DNA from: a virus
Lineage: Duplodnaviria > Caudoviricetes
DNA length: 64,000 nucleotides
Reading direction: 5' to 3' (one strand)
Virus record (IMG/VR): IMGVR_UViG_2645728028_000002
Span: 76,319-140,318 of that record
The notes beneath the pieces were generated by a model, which saw only the letters and a list, made by a program, of their open reading frames with translations, was not told the DNA's origin and did no database searches. Both the position numbers and the translations under genes were made by a program. Each line of letters begins with the position of its first letter. The first letter of the stretch is position 1. Positions 46,850-56,979 of the stretch are shown piece after piece.

Positions 46850-47170
46850 ATGAAAGGAGAACGGAAATTTGAGTTAGGGGATCGAGTGTTAATCAAATCT
46901 AAAGGTAAGCAAGGTAATATTAAGGAATACAGAATTGAAGGCTCTGTAGACAGTAAAGGTAACATTACAGAAACCATTAAGTATTCAGTAAAATATGGAC
47001 AATACTTGAAAGAATGGTTCACTGAGGATGAACTGCAGTATCCAGATTCATTTGATAATGACTTTGAGAATGGATTACTGGATCTCCTTATTGATGTGAA
47101 TCTAAAAGAAAATAAGTTAGATAATGTGAAAGAATTACATAAGCAGAAAGAGAAATACAAGAAAGGGTGA
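46850..47170 (+). CDS. hypothetical protein (SH3/KOW-like N-terminus)
   Basis: KFELGDRVLIK...WFTEDEL. Confidence 0.6.
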   Translation: MKGERKFELGDRVLIKSKGKQGNIKEYRIEGSVDSKGNITETIKYSVKYGQYLKEWFTEDELQYPDSFDNDFENGLLDLLIDVNLKENKLDNVKELHKQKEKYKKG

Positions 47171-47174
47171 TTCA

Positions 47175-47384
47175 ATGTCTCAGTTAAATGAAGATAAAAA
47201 GACTCTTTTATTGCAAGAAATGGATGAATTAGATGAGATGACTTATAAGTTTGTTTCTTGTTTAGAGGATCACGATGGTATCTGTGAGAAAGAGTGGGCA
47301 GAATTAGATAAGAAATATTTAAAGTTACAGGGAAAGATCAGGACAATTAAAGAGGAAATTGAATATACAAATTTCTTAAAATAA
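47175..47384 (+). CDS. hypothetical protein
   Basis: AAGGGTG RBS. Confidence 0.6.
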   Translation: MSQLNEDKKTLLLQEMDELDEMTYKFVSCLEDHDGICEKEWAELDKKYLKLQGKIRTIKEEIEYTNFLK

Positions 47385-47399
47385 ATTAATCAAAACCTA

Positions 47400-47428
47400 T
47401 TGACTTACAAAATAAAATAATTTAATAT
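47400..47428 (+). promoter_or_regulatory. sigma-A promoter with operator
   Basis: TTGACT-17-TAATAT; ATAAAATAATTTAATA at 47412. Confidence 0.7.
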
Positions 47429-47643
47429 AAAAGTAACCTGATAGAGCAGCTAAAACAAGTTGCTCTATCTTACTAAGTGAGGTGATATTAGATGAACCAG
47501 ACAAGTAAAGTTATTGAGTTAAGACTAAAGATCGAAGCTTGGAAAAAGAAGATTGAACATGCTGAAGCTGAACTAGACATTCTATATCATAAGTTAGATG
47601 AAGTAATGGAGGAATCATTAGGCAACTGATATAATCATCTTGG

Positions 47644-48024
47644 GTGATTAAAGTGAGAGCAAATATACCAGATGAATTAATAAAAGCAATTAATGAAAAA
47701 ATTTACTTGGATCTAGAACTACATATATTGCAGAAGAAATTAACTGAAGCTAATGATCAAGGCAAAGAAGGGTTTGCGGAATATTTAAATAAGGTGATCT
47801 TGAAAGTAATAAGCCAAAGAAGATCCAATAATGAATATCTACGCAAACATGGAGTTAAGGTTAGAGAGCCAGAAGAATTAGACGATATGTTTGTGAGATA
47901 TTACTATTCAGTTCAAAGTGACTTAGGTGGATATAAGGAAGGTTACGAGCAATTCTGGAAGTCGGCTATGACATATAATCTTAGGAAAAGAATGAATAAA
48001 TACTTTAATTTTAAAGGAGGGTAA
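47644..48024 (+). CDS. hypothetical protein
   Basis: ORF track. Confidence 0.65.
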   Translation: MIKVRANIPDELIKAINEKIYLDLELHILQKKLTEANDQGKEGFAEYLNKVILKVISQRRSNNEYLRKHGVKVREPEELDDMFVRYYYSVQSDLGGYKEGYEQFWKSAMTYNLRKRMNKYFNFKGG

Positions 48025-48027
48025 GGA

Positions 48028-48342
48028 ATGCTGCTAAAATTAGATGATCAATTTCGCTGCACCAGCGATAAATATAATTGGATCTTAGAAAAATATGAAC
48101 CTGTGCGAGACAGAAAAAACAAAGAAATTATTACGGGCTATGAATGGAAACAAATTGGCTGGTTTGGTACTAACCTTGCACCAGCAATTAAAAAGTATGT
48201 TAATGAAAAGATTAAAGACTCTGACACACTTGAAGTTAAGGAATTGCTTGTTAAGTTGGATGAGATAAAGGCTCACATTGACAAGGTAGTTAAGAAAGAA
48301 AACATAGACTTTGTTTACACAGGTAAGAAAGACGATGAGTGA
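48028..48342 (+). CDS. hypothetical protein
   Basis: AAGGAGG RBS; TSDKYNWILEK. Confidence 0.7.
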   Translation: MLLKLDDQFRCTSDKYNWILEKYEPVRDRKNKEIITGYEWKQIGWFGTNLAPAIKKYVNEKIKDSDTLEVKELLVKLDEIKAHIDKVVKKENIDFVYTGKKDDE

Positions 48343-48532
48343 ATCTTACTGTGATTTATGTAAGGAATTTGTCTCTGGAACGGTTCAGACAGTAAAAATT
48401 CTTGATAATGATCAGAAGACAAGTCATTACATATCGGGTCATGTAAGCTGCACTGAGGATATTTGGAAGCAAATACAAGAAATGAAGGACTTTAATAAGA
48501 AATCACTGTCTAAGGTGCTAAAAGAATTAAAT

Positions 48533-48584
48533 ATAGAATAATTTAATAAAAATACTTGTTTAATATAAAATAATTTGATATATT
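48533..48584 (+). promoter_or_regulatory. promoter of the yosL-nrd region with two operators
   Basis: ATAGAATAATTTAATA at 48533; TTGTTT-17(aatataaaataatttga)-TATATT. Confidence 0.6.
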
Positions 48585-48689
48585 TTAAGTATCATATTGA
48601 AAGTGGTGAGAACAATGTAGTTCATTGAGTAACACCTTCACATGCAAGATCAATAAAACTACAAAACATAGAATAGGAGATTACTAAAC

Positions 48690-48926
48690 ATGAAAAAGAA
48701 TAAAAATTTTAACCCATTTGGCACTAAGAAAGAATTTAAGAATGTAGGAGTAGAAGGAAAATTTGATCCAGTTAAAACATTCTACGGAACAATCTCAACT
48801 GAAAACGGAAGCTTCCTTACTACATACCAGACACATACTCGCTCTGAAGCAGTAAGCATTTTCGAACAGGAAGCTAAAGTAATGGGTGGTAAGCTAGACA
48901 GGTTCGTTGGAGCCTTTAAAAAATAA
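48690..48926 (+). CDS. hypothetical protein
   Basis: AGGAG RBS. Confidence 0.65.
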   Translation: MKKNKNFNPFGTKKEFKNVGVEGKFDPVKTFYGTISTENGSFLTTYQTHTRSEAVSIFEQEAKVMGGKLDRFVGAFKK

Positions 48927-48940
48927 ATAGGGGTGAAGAA

Positions 48941-49264
48941 ATGGAAGGAACTTTTGCTAATAAACGATTTGTTGGGCAAAAGATTGTGGCGCAAGAAGAT
49001 GGAACATTACTTACTCAATTTGGAGACTTTCCAGTTAAGAAGGGTGAAATTATTTTTAAACCCTTAAAAGGAGATCCAGTAGTTGTTCCTGAGAATTATT
49101 TTAATGAAAATTATACACAGGTAGAAGCTGCAAATAAGGAAAAAGTAAAAGTCAATCTCGATGAGATGGCTCGTGGATATATGGAAATGGGATATTTAAA
49201 TCAAAAAGAAGATGAGAGTTACATAAATGAGCTGAAAGAATTAAGTAAGAATAAAGCCTTTTAA
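48941..49264 (+). CDS. yosL: YosL-like putative MazF inhibitor (MazE-mimic C-terminal helix)
   Basis: DEMARGYMEMGYLN resembles NdoAI/MazE MRRGYMEMAKIN; lies just upstream of the nrd genes, like SPbeta yosL. Confidence 0.65.
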   Translation: MEGTFANKRFVGQKIVAQEDGTLLTQFGDFPVKKGEIIFKPLKGDPVVVPENYFNENYTQVEAANKEKVKVNLDEMARGYMEMGYLNQKEDESYINELKELSKNKAF

Positions 49265-49296
49265 TATAAAATATACAAATGTAGGTGAATTTAAAA

Positions 49297-49521
49297 ATGA
49301 TGAAAATGTACACGAAAACAGTATGCCCTAAATGCATGGTTGCTAAATCCTTTTTTGATAATAACGATATACTTTATGAGGCAATCAATTTAGATCAGAA
49401 TGAGTCAGCAAGAGATGAATTAGTTAGTAAAGGATTTATGGCAGCCCCAATTGTAGAATTCGAAGGTAAATATTATACAAATATGAACGAGTTTCAAGAA
49501 CTAGTTGATCAATTATCATGA
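49297..49521 (+). CDS. nrdH: NrdH-like glutaredoxin
   Basis: YTKTVCPKC...GFMAAP. Confidence 0.85.
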   Translation: MMKMYTKTVCPKCMVAKSFFDNNDILYEAINLDQNESARDELVSKGFMAAPIVEFEGKYYTNMNEFQELVDQLS

Positions 49522-49883
49522 TTGTTTACAAATCAAGGACAGGTAATGTAGCAAGCATTGTATCAAAACTAAATCTTCCTAACGTTGAAATTAGGGAGGG
49601 TTTAATTGTTGATAACCCATACTTTCTGATTACTTATACTGATGGATTGGGAGATGTCCCTAAAGTAGTTGAAGACTTCTTAAAAGATGAAACTAATCAA
49701 CTTAATCTTAAAGGGGTTATTGCCTCTGGTAACGTAAACTTTGGTCTGTATTTTTGCAAAGCTGCAGACTTGATTTGTGAAAATACAGGCGTTCCCATCA
49801 TTAGAAAAATTGATTTAAGAGGTACGAAAGAAGATATTGAAACAATTAAAAAGCAATATAATCTAGAGGTGATGAGTAAATAA
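49518..49883 (+). CDS. nrdI: class Ib RNR flavodoxin NrdI
   Basis: SRTGNV, TYTDGLGDVP, GVIASGNVNFG. Confidence 0.92.
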   Translation: MIVYKSRTGNVASIVSKLNLPNVEIREGLIVDNPYFLITYTDGLGDVPKVVEDFLKDETNQLNLKGVIASGNVNFGLYFCKAADLICENTGVPIIRKIDLRGTKEDIETIKKQYNLEVMSK

Positions 49884-51976
49884 TGAAGGAATATTTAAAG
49901 TTAAACAATGAGGTATTAAATACTTATACTCTTACAGGTAAAATTGATAGAGAGAAAGATAAAGAGGCTGCTAAGGTTTACTTCCTAGAAGAGATCAATA
50001 AACAGACAGTATTCTTTCACAACCTTAAAGAGAAACTTGATTATTTAGTGGAAGAAGAGTATTACGAAGAAGGATTCCTTGATAAGTATGACTTTAAGTT
50101 TATCAAGAAAATTTTTGATATTGCTTATGGTTATAAATTTAGATTCCCTTCCTTCATGAGTGCCTTCAAATTCTATAATAACTATGCTTTAAAAACAAGA
50201 GATGGAAAGAATATCTTGGAGCGTTATGAAGACCGAATGGCAATCATAGCATTGTACTTAGCAAATGGCGATAAGAAATTGGCAGAGAAGTCAATTCGTC
50301 ATATGATGGAGTCTTATCAAACGGCAACGCCAACGACACTCAATTGTGGAAAGAAAGCAAGAGGAGAGTTTGTATCATGCTTTAAGTTGATGGTGGATGA
50401 TACGATGAATAGTATCTCTCACAACATTGGTAATGCTCTACAACTCTCAAAGCTTGGTGGCGGAGTAGGTATATCATTAATTGATTTAAGGTGTGCTGGA
50501 GATCCAATTAAAGAAATTGAGAATAGAGCAAGTGGTGTAATGCCAGTAGCGAAACTTCTCGAAAATAGCTTTAGTTATGCTAATCAACTAGGATCAAGAG
50601 CAGGTAGTGGAGTCGTTTGGTTAAACATCTTTCATGGGGATATTATTGACTTCCTTTCTGCTAAAAAGCCTAACGCAGATGAAAAAATTAGATTAGCAAC
50701 CTTATCTACTGGAATTGTAGTGCCTGACATATTCTTTGAACTACTTAAAGAAGATAAAGATGTATACTTGTTCAGCCCATATGATATCTATAAAAAATAT
50801 GGTAAACGAATGTCTGAAATCAATATGTCAGAAGTTTATTATGCACTACTTGATGATCCAGACATTAGAAAACTTAAAAAGATTAACTCACGTAAACTAT
50901 ACACTGAAGTTAAAAAGACACAGATTGAATCAGGATACCCATTCGAAATGTTTGAGGATAACGTAAGGAAAGGTAATCCATTAAACAGTGTCGGCAAAGT
51001 AAAAATACTAAATCTGTGTACTGAAGTTGCACAGAATCAAGAAACATCAATAATTACTGATTATGATGAAGTGGATATCATTGGTGAAGATGTATCCTGT
51101 AACTTGGGATCTGAAGACATACATAAATCAACTAAGTCAGAAAATTTCGGAGAACTAATTGAAACATCTGTTGAATTGCTTACTGCAGTCTCAGATATGA
51201 CAAATATCTCAAATGTTCCATCAGTATCTAAAGGTAATAAGGAAATGCATTCAGTTGGATTAGGTGTAATGAACCTGCATGGTCACTTAATGGATAATTC
51301 AATCCAATACGGTGAGGCAGAATCCTTGAACTTTGTTGATGTGTACTTTGCTGCATTGAATTATCACTCTTTAAGAGCATCAAATAATATAGCAAAGAAA
51401 AGAAAGAAAACATTTAAAGGGTTTGATAAGTCAACTTATGCTACTGGTGAATACTTTGATTGGTATTTAAATAATCCAATTGAAATTAAATATGATGTAG
51501 TTAAGAAAGCACTAGGAAATATTGAACCAGTCACAGTTGAACAATGGCAACAGTTGAAGAAAGATGTCATAGAGCATGGTCTGTATCACTCTTATAGACT
51601 CTGTGTTGCTCCAACAGGAAGTATTTCTTACGTAAGGTCAGCGACAGCTTCAATTTCCCCTATCACTGAAAGGGTAGAGGTTCGAGACTATGGAGATAGC
51701 AGAACTATTTACCCAATGCCATTTCTCACCAATGAAAATCACAATGACTACAAAGAAGCATATGAAATGGATATGTATAAAATGATTGATTTGTATGCAA
51801 CAGCTCAACGACATGTGGATCAAGCTTTATCAATGACATTATATATTACTGATGATTGGGATACTGAAATGCTAACTAGACTGTATTATTACGCTTGGAT
51901 GAAAGGTATTAAATCAACTTATTATGTTCGCCAAAGAATGAAAACGCTGGAGGATTGTGTTGCATGTTCAATCTAA
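49883..51976 (+). CDS. nrdE: class Ib ribonucleotide reductase alpha subunit
   Basis: ATPT, VSCF, SKLGGGVG, NLCTE, SCNLGS, APTGSIS, C-terminal CVAC; uninterrupted. Confidence 0.95.
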   Translation: MKEYLKLNNEVLNTYTLTGKIDREKDKEAAKVYFLEEINKQTVFFHNLKEKLDYLVEEEYYEEGFLDKYDFKFIKKIFDIAYGYKFRFPSFMSAFKFYNNYALKTRDGKNILERYEDRMAIIALYLANGDKKLAEKSIRHMMESYQTATPTTLNCGKKARGEFVSCFKLMVDDTMNSISHNIGNALQLSKLGGGVGISLIDLRCAGDPIKEIENRASGVMPVAKLLENSFSYANQLGSRAGSGVVWLNIFHGDIIDFLSAKKPNADEKIRLATLSTGIVVPDIFFELLKEDKDVYLFSPYDIYKKYGKRMSEINMSEVYYALLDDPDIRKLKKINSRKLYTEVKKTQIESGYPFEMFEDNVRKGNPLNSVGKVKILNLCTEVAQNQETSIITDYDEVDIIGEDVSCNLGSEDIHKSTKSENFGELIETSVELLTAVSDMTNISNVPSVSKGNKEMHSVGLGVMNLHGHLMDNSIQYGEAESLNFVDVYFAALNYHSLRASNNIAKKRKKTFKGFDKSTYATGEYFDWYLNNPIEIKYDVVKKALGNIEPVTVEQWQQLKKDVIEHGLYHSYRLCVAPTGSISYVRSATASISPITERVEVRDYGDSRTIYPMPFLTNENHNDYKEAYEMDMYKMIDLYATAQRHVDQALSMTLYITDDWDTEMLTRLYYYAWMKGIKSTYYVRQRMKTLEDCVACSI

Positions 51977-52923
51977 ATACATTTGAAGCTGTAAACTGGA
52001 ATAGACCGACAAGTGAATTGGCTGATGTTTTTTGGAAGCAGCAGACAAAACAATACTGGCTTGAAACTGAAGTACCAGTTTCAAAGGATATACTGAAATG
52101 GAAGTCATTTGAACATCAAGACGTTTATAAAAAAGTCTTAGGTGGACTAACTTTACTTGACACTATACAAACCAACATTGGCATGAATGAGATTTCAAAG
52201 CATTTAGATGATCTTCAAGAAAAAGCTGTACTAACTCTTTTTGGTGCAATGGAAGCAATACATGCTCGTAGCTATAGTTATATATTCACTACACTTTGTT
52301 CTAATCAAGAAATTGATGAAGTGTTTGAATGGGTAAAAGAAAATAAACAATTACAATTCAAAGCAAAGAAGATTAGTGAGCAATATAAGAGCATCACTGA
52401 TAAAGAAAGCTTATGGAAAGCTATGTTTTCATCTGTACTATTAGAGTCATTTTTATTCTACAGTGGCTTCTTCTATCCGTTATATTTAGCAGGTCAAGGA
52501 TTGATGAAAAACAGTGCAGAGGTAATTAGCTTAATTTTACGTGATGAGGCACTTCATGGGGTATCAGTTGGATACTTTGCACAAAACATCTTTAAAACAT
52601 TCCCAGAAGAAAAGCAGACTGAACTAAAGTTATGGGGTTATCAATTCCTATTGGAACTTTATGAGAATGAAATGAAGTATACAGAAGAAATATACAGTGA
52701 CATTGGTTTGGCTGCAGAAGTAAAAAAATATGTTAGATATAACGCTAACAAGGCATTAGCTAATCTTGGGCTTGATAAAATGTTTGATGACGAGGCAATT
52801 GATCCAATCGTTATGAATGGTATCCGAACAGACAGTGTTACACACGATTTCTTCTCGCAAAAAGGTAACTCATACACAATTGCAAAGGTAAAAGCAATTA
52901 CAGACAATACATTTAAGTTTTAA
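51964..52923 (+). CDS. nrdF: class Ib ribonucleotide reductase beta subunit
   Basis: GLTLLD, MEAIHARSY, LESFLFYSGF, RDEALH, HDFFS. Confidence 0.95.
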   Translation: MFNLNTFEAVNWNRPTSELADVFWKQQTKQYWLETEVPVSKDILKWKSFEHQDVYKKVLGGLTLLDTIQTNIGMNEISKHLDDLQEKAVLTLFGAMEAIHARSYSYIFTTLCSNQEIDEVFEWVKENKQLQFKAKKISEQYKSITDKESLWKAMFSSVLLESFLFYSGFFYPLYLAGQGLMKNSAEVISLILRDEALHGVSVGYFAQNIFKTFPEEKQTELKLWGYQFLLELYENEMKYTEEIYSDIGLAAEVKKYVRYNANKALANLGLDKMFDDEAIDPIVMNGIRTDSVTHDFFSQKGNSYTIAKVKAITDNTFKF

Positions 52924-52998
52924 GTGCATTGATAAAAGAGGGATTTTATCGGAAGATAATTTCCCTCTATATAAAATAAACTAATAAGGAATGATCTA

Positions 52999-53613
52999 AT
53001 GGGTAAAATGGATGAAATGATTATTGTTGCTCCACGTAAGGAAGTGTTTGATAATGAAAAATTAACCTTCCAAGGAGTCAATTCAGACAAATACAAAGTA
53101 AATGAAATTATGACTAATGTAGAAAGTACATATTCGATTATGCGTAGAGGGGATGCTGAAGAAAATAACGACTTCAAGCAGCCAATCCCATATTGCGTAT
53201 TAAAAAGAAATGATGAGGTTTACTCCACCAAGCGACTTAAAGGAGGTGGAGAAGCAAGGCTACATAATCAAGTTTCATTGGGATTAGGTGGACATATGAA
53301 TGATTTTAACTCTAATAATTTCAGTGAAGTGATGTTTGAAAACTTAATTAGGGAACTAGACGAAGAGGTATTGGTTAATTCAGATGGAGTTAGCTTTAAA
53401 ACTGTAGGCTTCATTAACGATGATTCAAATGAGGTTGGAAAAGTACACCTTGGATTACTGGTTATTGGTGAATTGGACTCTAATGCTGAAGTTACTGTAA
53501 AAGAAACAGATCAATTACTTGGCGAATGGATAAAAATTACTGATTTAAAGAAACCAGAAGTATATGAAACACTTGAAACATGGTCACAATTTGTCGCTGA
53601 TATCTTAAATTAA
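52999..53613 (+). CDS. ymaB: YmaB-like Nudix phosphoesterase
   Basis: KQPIPY, GEARLH..SLGLGGH, RELDEE, NEVGKVHLG, LETWS; follows nrdF as in Bacillus. Confidence 0.85.
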   Translation: MGKMDEMIIVAPRKEVFDNEKLTFQGVNSDKYKVNEIMTNVESTYSIMRRGDAEENNDFKQPIPYCVLKRNDEVYSTKRLKGGGEARLHNQVSLGLGGHMNDFNSNNFSEVMFENLIRELDEEVLVNSDGVSFKTVGFINDDSNEVGKVHLGLLVIGELDSNAEVTVKETDQLLGEWIKITDLKKPEVYETLETWSQFVADILN

Positions 53614-53669
53614 TCAAATACATAGGGCAGGGGAGTTCAATAGCTTCCCTGTTTTTACATAGAGGAGAA

Positions 53670-54524
53670 ATGTTAATGAACAAAGCAGATAAATACTTTT
53701 TAGATAACTTAAAAAAGATTAAACAAGAAGGTGTAAATGATTTTTCAGGCGAAGTTAGACCGAAATATAAAGATGGTAGCCCTGCACATACAAAATACAT
53801 TACCTTTGTTCATGAGGAATATGATTTATCTAAAGGGGAATTTCCTATTCCAACACTTAGACCAGTAGCTGTTAAATCGGCAATTGGAGAAGTATTAGCG
53901 TTCTACCAAGATCAAACTAACGATATTGGTATTATGAAAGATAAGCATAAACTTCACTGGTGGAAAGATTGGGAAGTTAGAGATACAAATACAATCGGTA
54001 TTCGTTACGGAGCTACAGTAAAACGCTATGACCTATTAAATAACCTTCTAGATCTTTTAAACAATGACATGTTCAGCAGAAGAAAGATTATGTCTCTTTG
54101 GCAAGAACAAGACTTTAAAGACGATCCTGAAGGATTAAAGCCATGCTTCTATATGACTAACTGGGAAGTTAGGGTAATAGAAAATGAGGTGTATTTAGAC
54201 TTACACTTAACTAGCAGGAGTTCAGACTATAGTGTTGCTGGAGCAATAAATCGTACTCAATACGTTGCTTTACAGATGATGATTGCAAATCATTTTGGAT
54301 TTAAGTTAGGTAAATTTAGTGTGTTTACATCTAATCTTCATTATTATGACCGTCATGAGGATCAAGTAGAAGAATTATTGAGTCGTACACCTTCTAAGAA
54401 GCAGCCGTATTTGAAGTTGAATGTTTCTGAAAAAACCAATTTCTATGATATTAAGGTATCAGACTTTGAGTTAGTTGACTTTGAATGCAAATATCCTCAA
54501 TTAGACTTTGAACTAGGGATATAA
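53670..54524 (+). CDS. thyA: thymidylate synthase (ThyA/ThyP3 type)
   Basis: RPKYKDG, SRRKIMSLW, LKPC, RSSD, NLHYYDRH. Confidence 0.93.
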   Translation: MLMNKADKYFLDNLKKIKQEGVNDFSGEVRPKYKDGSPAHTKYITFVHEEYDLSKGEFPIPTLRPVAVKSAIGEVLAFYQDQTNDIGIMKDKHKLHWWKDWEVRDTNTIGIRYGATVKRYDLLNNLLDLLNNDMFSRRKIMSLWQEQDFKDDPEGLKPCFYMTNWEVRVIENEVYLDLHLTSRSSDYSVAGAINRTQYVALQMMIANHFGFKLGKFSVFTSNLHYYDRHEDQVEELLSRTPSKKQPYLKLNVSEKTNFYDIKVSDFELVDFECKYPQLDFELGI

Positions 54525-54528
54525 ATAT

Positions 54529-55044
54529 ATGAGTATAAATATTATCGCTGCAATGGGACTTGATAGGGAGTTGGGACAAAACAATCAACTTCTATGTAAC
54601 TTATCAGCAGACTTAAAACATTTTAAAGAATTAACAACTGGTGGATTTGTTCTTATGGGATCTAACACTTTTCGCTCAATTGGTAAAAGCCTCCCTGATC
54701 GAGAAAACATTGTACTAACTAGAGATACTAAACACAATCTACCAGCTGATGTATTTGCATACGACTCATTTGATCAGGTTTTATTCGAGTACCGTAACTT
54801 TAATGAGGAAGTTGATGATTTATGGATTATTGGAGGCTCTAATGTCTACTCTCAAGCAATTCAACATGCAGATAAGATGTACTTAACTGTGATTCAGAAT
54901 CGCTTTCCAGAAGCAGACTGTTACTTTCCTGCCTTTGATTTATCAGATTGGAATCATAAGGTTACTGGCTTTAAACGTAAGGATGAAAAGAACGATTTTG
55001 ATCACTATTATGTCGAATATTCTCGGAAAGATAAAATAAAATAA
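54529..55044 (+). CDS. dfrA: dihydrofolate reductase
   Basis: IIAAM, DLKHFKELT, MG.NTF.SIG..LPDRENIVLT, IIGG, ADCYFP. Confidence 0.92.
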   Translation: MSINIIAAMGLDRELGQNNQLLCNLSADLKHFKELTTGGFVLMGSNTFRSIGKSLPDRENIVLTRDTKHNLPADVFAYDSFDQVLFEYRNFNEEVDDLWIIGGSNVYSQAIQHADKMYLTVIQNRFPEADCYFPAFDLSDWNHKVTGFKRKDEKNDFDHYYVEYSRKDKIK

Positions 55045-55087
55045 TTTAACAATATGTATTTACTAATATAAAATAATTTGATACAAT
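55036..55087 (+). promoter_or_regulatory. promoter with two operators
   Basis: ATAAAATAATTTAACA at 55036; TTTACT-17(aatataaaataatttga)-TACAAT. Confidence 0.65.
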
Positions 55088-55140
55088 GATGATAGTCAAA
55101 CAAGGCTATCATCATTTTTATTAGAAAGAGAGGTGAGTAA

Positions 55141-55923
55141 ATGGGAAAAAAGAAAATCGATCCGAAGGAAAGAGTTGGGATAATCAGTTACAATCTTCAT
55201 GGATATAAAATGGTTATTGAAGATTATATTACTCCTATTGATATTTGGGTTAAATTTACTTATACCAATGAAAGAATTCATACTACATGGCAATCTTTTA
55301 AGGCGAGAACTGTTAGAAGTTCTTACGATAAAACTATATATGGGGTGGGGTATATTGGTATAGGAGACTATAAGGTGACCGAAAATGGTAAATATACTCG
55401 TCAATACAATGCTTGGAGTAGTATGATGCAAAGATGTTATAGTAAAGCGCATCTAAAAAGACAATCATCATACATAGGGTGTAAAGTAGCTGAAGAGTGG
55501 CATAATTTTCAAAACTTCGCCAAATGGTATGATGAAAATTACTATGAAGCAAATGGAGAGAGAATGCATTTAGATAAAGATATATTGACTAAAGGGAATA
55601 AAGTTTATAGTCCTGAAACATGTATTTTTGCCCCCCATTTTATTAATTGTCTTTTTATAAGAAGTAGATCTAGAAGAGGAGATTTGCCGATTGGAGTCTA
55701 CTTCTGTGATAAAAATCTAATAAATAAATATGGTTGCCAATGCAGTAGTGAGTTTGGTAAACAGACAAAATTAGGCTACTATAGCACTCCAGAAGAAGCG
55801 TTTCGAGTCTATAAGACTTTTAAAGAAAAAGTGATTAAAAATATAGCTTTAAAATATCAACAGACAATACCGGAGAAGTTATATAATGCATTAATTAAAT
55901 ATGAAGTTAAAATTGAAGATTAA
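55141..55923 (+). CDS. free-standing HNH-like/AP2-domain homing-type endonuclease
   Basis: WSSMMQRCY...WHNFQNFAKW...HLDKDIL.KGNKVYSPETC...LGYYSTPEEAF. Confidence 0.8.
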   Translation: MGKKKIDPKERVGIISYNLHGYKMVIEDYITPIDIWVKFTYTNERIHTTWQSFKARTVRSSYDKTIYGVGYIGIGDYKVTENGKYTRQYNAWSSMMQRCYSKAHLKRQSSYIGCKVAEEWHNFQNFAKWYDENYYEANGERMHLDKDILTKGNKVYSPETCIFAPHFINCLFIRSRSRRGDLPIGVYFCDKNLINKYGCQCSSEFGKQTKLGYYSTPEEAFRVYKTFKEKVIKNIALKYQQTIPEKLYNALIKYEVKIED

Positions 55924-56093
55924 ACTAAGGGAAGGTGAATCAAATGAGACATACAGATGAAGAGTATGCATACTGGTTAAATACAGATGAGGAAGACTGT
56001 TGGTTTGACCGCAAAGAGAAGAATGTTAGATTTCCAGAATATAAGGACGATCAAAGCAGCGAAGTACATATTTGGAATTTGAATGATATTAAA

Positions 56094-56142
56094 TAACTAT
56101 ATATAGTATGTTTATATCCGATGATAATACTATATATTGATT
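56094..56142. promoter_or_regulatory. tandem NrdR-box-like palindromes
   Basis: taaCTATATATAGtat and ataCTATATATTGatt, 33 bp apart. Confidence 0.45.
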
Positions 56143-56214
56143 TAAATTAGAATAAAAGGAAGATTTTATTTAGATTTAATGTAGACTTGACATAAAAAGC
56201 GACATAACGAAAGG

Positions 56215-56460
56215 ATGATTATTTTGGCAAAAAGACACGAATTAAAAATATTGCCTGAATACTATAACGAAGTGTATAGAGGGGTTAAAACTTTCGAAAT
56301 CAGAAAGAATGACAGAGATTTTAAGGTTGGTGACACGCTTGTTATAAAAGAATACTTCCCTAATTCTGAATCTTTTAGTGGTAGATTTATCGAGAAAAAA
56401 ATCACATATATCACTGACTATGCCCAGAACGAAAATTATGTAGTTATGGCAATTGTTTGA
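56215..56460 (+). CDS. ASCH/PUA-like (DUF3850) protein
   Basis: HELKILPEYY..V..GVKTFEIRKNDRDFKVGD. Confidence 0.85.
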   Translation: MIILAKRHELKILPEYYNEVYRGVKTFEIRKNDRDFKVGDTLVIKEYFPNSESFSGRFIEKKITYITDYAQNENYVVMAIV

Positions 56461-56525
56461 TGAACATTTCGAATATGTAATGCAATAAAAGTCCACTTTT
56501 AAAGTGAAATAGAGAGGTAATACAT

Positions 56526-56723
56526 ATGAACCGTCAAGTATTCGATTATAACCAGATATTCTACAATGAGGCAATAATGTATATGGAGAACCTTTGGCAG
56601 CGCAAGTTAACGGATCATGAAAAACATCTGGCTATTGAAGTTTATAAGTTTGGTAGGAAAGTAGAGATGGAGAGTTATTACGAGAAAAATGTGATTGACT
56701 GGCAATTACAAATGTCTAAATAA
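56526..56723 (+). CDS. hypothetical protein
   Basis: GAGGT RBS. Confidence 0.6.
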   Translation: MNRQVFDYNQIFYNEAIMYMENLWQRKLTDHEKHLAIEVYKFGRKVEMESYYEKNVIDWQLQMSK

Positions 56724-56738
56724 GAGAGGAAGTGTTCA

Positions 56739-56942
56739 TTGATGGACTATCATAAAGCAGTTGAAAAATTAGAAGGTGAGCTTTGGGCGAAGGCTATGGA
56801 CTTATTAGACAATAACACAATGGAATCTAAAGAATATAAAGAAGGAGTATACATTGCTAAGACAATTGATGAGTATTCTAACTTAATACATAACGAAATG
56901 TTAAAGAAATTCGGAAAAGATTATAGTGAAAAGTTTAAATAA
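56739..56942 (+). CDS. hypothetical protein
   Basis: Stop codon in repeat site 56939. Confidence 0.6.
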   Translation: MMDYHKAVEKLEGELWAKAMDLLDNNTMESKEYKEGVYIAKTIDEYSNLIHNEMLKKFGKDYSEKFK

Positions 56943-56979
56943 AACACATCTTTTACCGTAATTTAAGGAGGAGTTAAAA

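Noticed and set aside
48610-48623. Possible LexA box GAAC-aatgta-GTTC
   Set aside because: The spacer is 6 bp rather than 4.
49883-52923. Introns or inteins in nrdE/nrdF
   Set aside because: Both ORFs are continuous and of normal length, with no intein motifs.
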